Positions 60,553 through 64,000 of a DNA stretch of 64,000 nucleotides are shown one piece after another. The notes below the pieces were generated by a model, which did not search any database, was not told the origin of the DNA, and saw only the letters and a list, made by a program, of their open reading frames with translations. Each line of letters begins with the position of its first letter. Position 1 is the first letter of the stretch. Made by a program: the position numbers and the translations under genes. The DNA comes from Candidatus Staskawiczbacteria bacterium RIFOXYB1_FULL_38_37 (GTDB taxonomy: Bacteria > Patescibacteriota > Minisyncoccia > Minisyncoccales > Staskawiczbacteraceae): positions 7,979 through 71,978 of the forward strand of contig MHPK01000004.1 of NCBI GenBank assembly GCA_001822075.1, in the 5' to 3' direction.

Positions 60553-61749
60553 CTATTTTTTCGCCACAGGGATAATTGCTATAAAATTTGGGTCGTGTCC
60601 TCTAGCCCTTATAGCATCCCATTTTATTTGCTGAGGGCCGTCTTTATTTACATCTGCCAAAGATGGATATGCCTGGCAGTAGCTCCAAGTGCCGTAGGTT
60701 GTGTCTGTGGGCGAAAAATAAATCAATATAACCAGATAATCGCCAGCTATTTGTATTGAAGAAAGGTTCTCTCCATACAGATTAGGGCATTGTTTTTCAA
60801 TGCACTTCATATTTTCATCATATTTTGAACAAATCCAGTCTTCTTCTGGCACCGTACAGGCTTTTGGATTATTAAAATCTAAAGAATGGCCTGTAAATTT
60901 TAACTGCCTTAAATCTGCAATTACAATTTTTGAGTTTTTAATTTGCCAGTTCGGAATTTTTAAAAATCCGCCTTTTTTATTATCTTCTTTGCCTGAGATT
61001 TGGGTTGAAGATTGGCGGTATAAATATACTCCGTCTCCGTCAGGATAAAAGTCATATTGGTATATAGATGCAGAGGCCGTAAAAGGCTTCACGGGCGTAC
61101 ATGACGTATTAGGGTCAATATACTGGCACATGCCCCAATAATTATCATTGTCGTATAAAATGGCGATATAATAGATTTTTTGGTCTGGATTTTGGACAAT
61201 GCCGACAGAATTTATTTTATTTTTTAAACCATCGCCCACGTCGGCAATGCTTGATAAATTTGTGTCAGCGGTTCCCGAACAGTTTTTAGATTGATAAAAA
61301 TTAACGCCGGGCGATTTGGTGTTCGGCTCTGGAGGCGGAATTTTATCAAGCTTATTAAGGTTAAAAATAGACAGATAAGGGTTTAACGTTGTTATAATTA
61401 AATATAAAAGAGCTAAAATAAGCAATCCTGAAATAGCTCCTGAAATTCTGTCTTTTGCCGCAGCCAGCGCGCTCGGAATTGCCGGAGATAAAAAATAAAG
61501 AACGCCCGCCCAAATTAATGATAAAAAAACAGAAAAAAATCCTATAAAAATTCCAATGTCAAAAACATCTTTCAAGTATTGGGCAAGGTCTGATTGAACG
61601 GTCACAAAAGTTCCTTTTTGCAAGCTTGGATACGGAACTTCCAACGTTGCCGCCAAAATTTTGTTTGCCGGCAGGCATGTAAAAATAATTAAGCAAACAA
61701 AAAATCCGATGAAAAAAAATGCTGAAAATTTTATATATATTTTTTTCAT
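60553..61749 (-). CDS. Surface protein: VirB2-pilin-like N-terminal two-TM module fused to a ~270-aa Cys/aromatic-rich extracellular domain
   Basis: Signal peptide. GIFIGFFSVFLSLIWAGVLYFLSPAIPSALAAAKDRISGAISGLLILALLYLI parallels the small pilin-like proteins. Confidence 0.55.
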   Translation of the reverse strand: MKKIYIKFSAFFFIGFFVCLIIFTCLPANKILAATLEVPYPSLQKGTFVTVQSDLAQYLKDVFDIGIFIGFFSVFLSLIWAGVLYFLSPAIPSALAAAKDRISGAISGLLILALLYLIITTLNPYLSIFNLNKLDKIPPPEPNTKSPGVNFYQSKNCSGTADTNLSSIADVGDGLKNKINSVGIVQNPDQKIYYIAILYDNDNYWGMCQYIDPNTSCTPVKPFTASASIYQYDFYPDGDGVYLYRQSSTQISGKEDNKKGGFLKIPNWQIKNSKIVIADLRQLKFTGHSLDFNNPKACTVPEEDWICSKYDENMKCIEKQCPNLYGENLSSIQIAGDYLVILIYFSPTDTTYGTWSYCQAYPSLADVNKDGPQQIKWDAIRARGHDPNFIAIIPVAKK

Positions 61750-61785
61750 CGGATTTTTAAAATATAAAATAAAAGCTTCAAAAGA

Positions 61786-63072
61786 CTATTTTGTTGGAAT
61801 CACGACCACGGCATCTACATTGTTTTTTTGGGCGACAAATTCCATTTCATTTAAATTAGGCACATCCGCCAAAAAAACCTGGCAATACCAATTTTGCGAA
61901 TAAAGCGCCGCCAGATAGCTTCCTTTAACTCTTATAGAGCCTGGATGCAAATGAAAATTGGTGTATAATTTTTTATATTGCTCCGGCCTGTCAACATTAT
62001 CATAATTAAAAACTAAATTTTCAGCCCAAGCTTCCCAAAAATTCTTTATTGCAGATTTATCAAGAAAATTTTTACCGGCTTTAGCTCCTGAATTCCAGCC
62101 AAACGGTTCTGAATAAAATTCAATTCCATCTCCCGAAGATTCAGGAGTATTTTCATTCCAGACAAAAATAGTGGCAGAAAATATAGGGAAGGTGGCGTCA
62201 ACGCAAAATCTTTCTTTATTTGCCGCGAGCGGCCTTGAACACGCGCCTCCCCGTTTTGGGTCAGTTTGCTGATGAAAAACAGCGCCGTAAGAAATATTAT
62301 CAGCTGAATTATTAAGAATCATAACAGACCCTAATTTTCCTTTAAAGGGTTCTGGCAGTTCTCCGCTTGCTAAATTTTCTTGAGACATATAACCTGAACA
62401 AAAATCTCCATTGCATTTGCCCAGGCAATAATAAATGCCGGGTGATTCAAAAGCAACTTTAAAAGACGCCACTCCGTTAAGGCTTGAAGTCTGGCCGCAA
62501 GTTATTCTGTGGACTACAGCGCCCTCATATCCGCTTAAATTTTCCTGCGGAAACTTCCAGATTAAAAGCGCAGGCCCTGTGTTGCATCTGTAGGCTATAT
62601 TCGCATAACCTGGCGGTATGTCTGATGTGTTTCCCGATGGGGCTGCTGGCTTAAAATCTTGGCCATTATAATAAAAAATTCCAGCTCCAGCTAATAAAGG
62701 GGTAGTTGTTGGCGTAACAAGAGAAAGATTGATTGTTCTTAGTATTATAAAAGCAGAAAGGGTTAAAACCAGGCCCAAAATAGAACCCTTTACCCTATCT
62801 ACGGCGTCTTTATGGGTTTCAGGGCTTGGGTACATCATTTGGATAAATCCAATAGCCATAGAGATAAGAGCTAAAATTACAGCCGCCATTATTCCCAGTC
62901 CAAAAAAATAACTTACATAATCTTGAAGTTCTGGGTTTGCCATTGAAGGAAGGCCTAAAAAAGTAAGGTTAGGATACTTTGCTTCAAGGGCAAGAGCAAA
63001 AGAACTGCTTAATAAAAACGACAGCAGTATAAATACAAAAAAGAATGATTTAAGATATTTTATTTTTAACAT
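61786..63072 (-). CDS. Surface protein paralogous in N-terminal module to 60553..61749, with a different C-terminal domain
   Basis: GLGIMAAVILALISMAIGFIQMMYPSPETHKDAVDRVKGSILGLVLTLSAFII. C-terminus VVVIPTK, against IAIIPVAKK in the neighbour. Confidence 0.55.
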   Translation of the reverse strand: MLKIKYLKSFFFVFILLSFLLSSSFALALEAKYPNLTFLGLPSMANPELQDYVSYFFGLGIMAAVILALISMAIGFIQMMYPSPETHKDAVDRVKGSILGLVLTLSAFIILRTINLSLVTPTTTPLLAGAGIFYYNGQDFKPAAPSGNTSDIPPGYANIAYRCNTGPALLIWKFPQENLSGYEGAVVHRITCGQTSSLNGVASFKVAFESPGIYYCLGKCNGDFCSGYMSQENLASGELPEPFKGKLGSVMILNNSADNISYGAVFHQQTDPKRGGACSRPLAANKERFCVDATFPIFSATIFVWNENTPESSGDGIEFYSEPFGWNSGAKAGKNFLDKSAIKNFWEAWAENLVFNYDNVDRPEQYKKLYTNFHLHPGSIRVKGSYLAALYSQNWYCQVFLADVPNLNEMEFVAQKNNVDAVVVIPTK

Positions 63073-63090
63073 ATTCTTTTTTTCATTTTG

Positions 63091-64000
63091 TTACTCTTCT
63101 TTTTTGCGGTCTTCACAGCAGAACCAATTATCTGCCAAAGGCTCTGAATTTTGTAAAATTTTACCCAATGATTTTCCATAGCAGTAAGATGAAAAAGTTT
63201 TGTTTCCTATTATTGTTTTGCTGTATTTATCTACTTGAGGAGAAATAATTTCGTCTTGCACCCTTGTGCAGCTCAATAACCTTGTTTGGGCGCCGTAATT
63301 ATTTTGCACAGCGCTGCAAGTATTGGTCTGTTGCCTTGAATATTCCAATTCTTTTACAATGTCTGACCTGTTTTGCTCAATTGTAAAAATTAAAAAGTCT
63401 TTTTCAGCAATATTCACCTGGTTGCGAAAATAAGGCACTCCCTCTCCTTTTTTGCAGGCATCTTTGCACATAGCTCCCAATAAAAAATCAATCATAGTCT
63501 GGCAGGCATTTCCTTGGCACGAGTTGAAGGAGCAAGAAACAGTTGTTGTAGAATTGCCGCTAGAATCTGTTGTGGTGCTGGTTGATTGGTCGCAGGTAGC
63601 TTTGCAAACAGGGTCTCCATTTTCGCATTTGCTGTCGCACTTGCAATAATTTTTTTCTTGTCCTATTCTTTGCATATATTGTATCATATTTTTGATTTTT
63701 TTTGTAACTTCATCAACCTTTTTTATTAAATCATCTGCCCATTTTTCTGAGTCATCAATTGTCTGGCCCACAGGAATTTCTTTTTCTTTGGGGCAAATTC
63801 TGTCATGGCCTATTGGCGTTGTATTTTTTGTTTCATCTTTCAGCCACCAGTCCTGCTGGCAGTAAAAAGTCAAAGGGTCGTCGTTATAAGACAAATCATC
63901 GCATGTTCCGCTGCAAATTCTGTATTGCGATATGGTTTTTGAAGACCCTATATCTGTGGCCCCTGCATCAGAACTCGCCGCGCAGCTTGTGCTCGGTTGT
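63091..64000 (-). CDS. Cys-rich secreted protein, 3' part (the frame stays open upstream to the right window edge)
   Basis: The track start at 63894 is a TTG. The same frame continues without a stop to 64000 (QPSTSCAASSDAGATDIGSSKTISQYRICSGTCDDL...). There are many CxC/CxxxC spacings. Confidence 0.5.
   Translation of the reverse strand, partial: QPSTSCAASSDAGATDIGSSKTISQYRICSGTCDDLSYNDDPLTFYCQQDWWLKDETKNTTPIGHDRICPKEKEIPVGQTIDDSEKWADDLIKKVDEVTKKIKNMIQYMQRIGQEKNYCKCDSKCENGDPVCKATCDQSTSTTTDSSGNSTTTVSCSFNSCQGNACQTMIDFLLGAMCKDACKKGEGVPYFRNQVNIAEKDFLIFTIEQNRSDIVKELEYSRQQTNTCSAVQNNYGAQTRLLSCTRVQDEIISPQVDKYSKTIIGNKTFSSYCYGKSLGKILQNSEPLADNWFCCEDRKKEE

Overview
The window reads as an AT-rich, gene-dense bacterial chromosome segment. 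Its content looks like a reduced Patescibacteria/CPR-type genome: short housekeeping genes, tandem VirB2-like pilin genes, free-standing LAGLIDADG genes and low-complexity intergenic repeats. This taxonomic guess is inference only.

I can support about 65 CDS and 16 tRNAs (cloverleafs folded by hand). There are no rRNA genes and no CRISPR array.

- **Housekeeping backbone:** tsaD, valS, gyrA, rpsA, truD, ftsH, rplS, rbfA-infB, rny, clpP, tig, hppA, nusA, tsaE, ruvB/ruvC, a PBP1A-type gene, and the origin-proximal cluster dnaN-dnaA / rpmH-rnpA-yidC-jag.
- **Main anomaly:** a compositionally foreign ~3.4 kb block at 16.34-19.83 kb has roughly half G+C, against a quarter to a third in the flanks. 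It carries back-to-back consensus promoters. One drives an ORFan with a Cys/His N-terminus, the other a NYN/LabA-type nuclease plus a 504-aa ORFan. Each arm ends in its own terminator. This is my best candidate for an undescribed acquired system; its function is unknown.
- **In-frame palindromic elements:** a family of short GC-rich palindromic elements is embedded in-frame in essential genes. One 33-nt copy is shared by tig and an unrelated ORF.
- **Gene 5' end duplications:** two insertions have each duplicated the 5' end of a housekeeping gene, a hicBA cassette at the rluD-like gene and a small-gene cassette at tig.
- **Repeated intergenic modules:** repeated terminator-promoter modules flank variable small genes.
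- **Endonuclease-tRNA pairs:** three LAGLIDADG-type genes each end at or inside the 5' end of a co-oriented tRNA.
- **Candidate surface-filament locus:** two large proteins carry a pilin-like N-terminal module.
- **Standalone structured element:** a 131-nt element is closed by a perfect 21-bp inverted repeat.

All functional calls rest on motifs read by eye. No database search was run.
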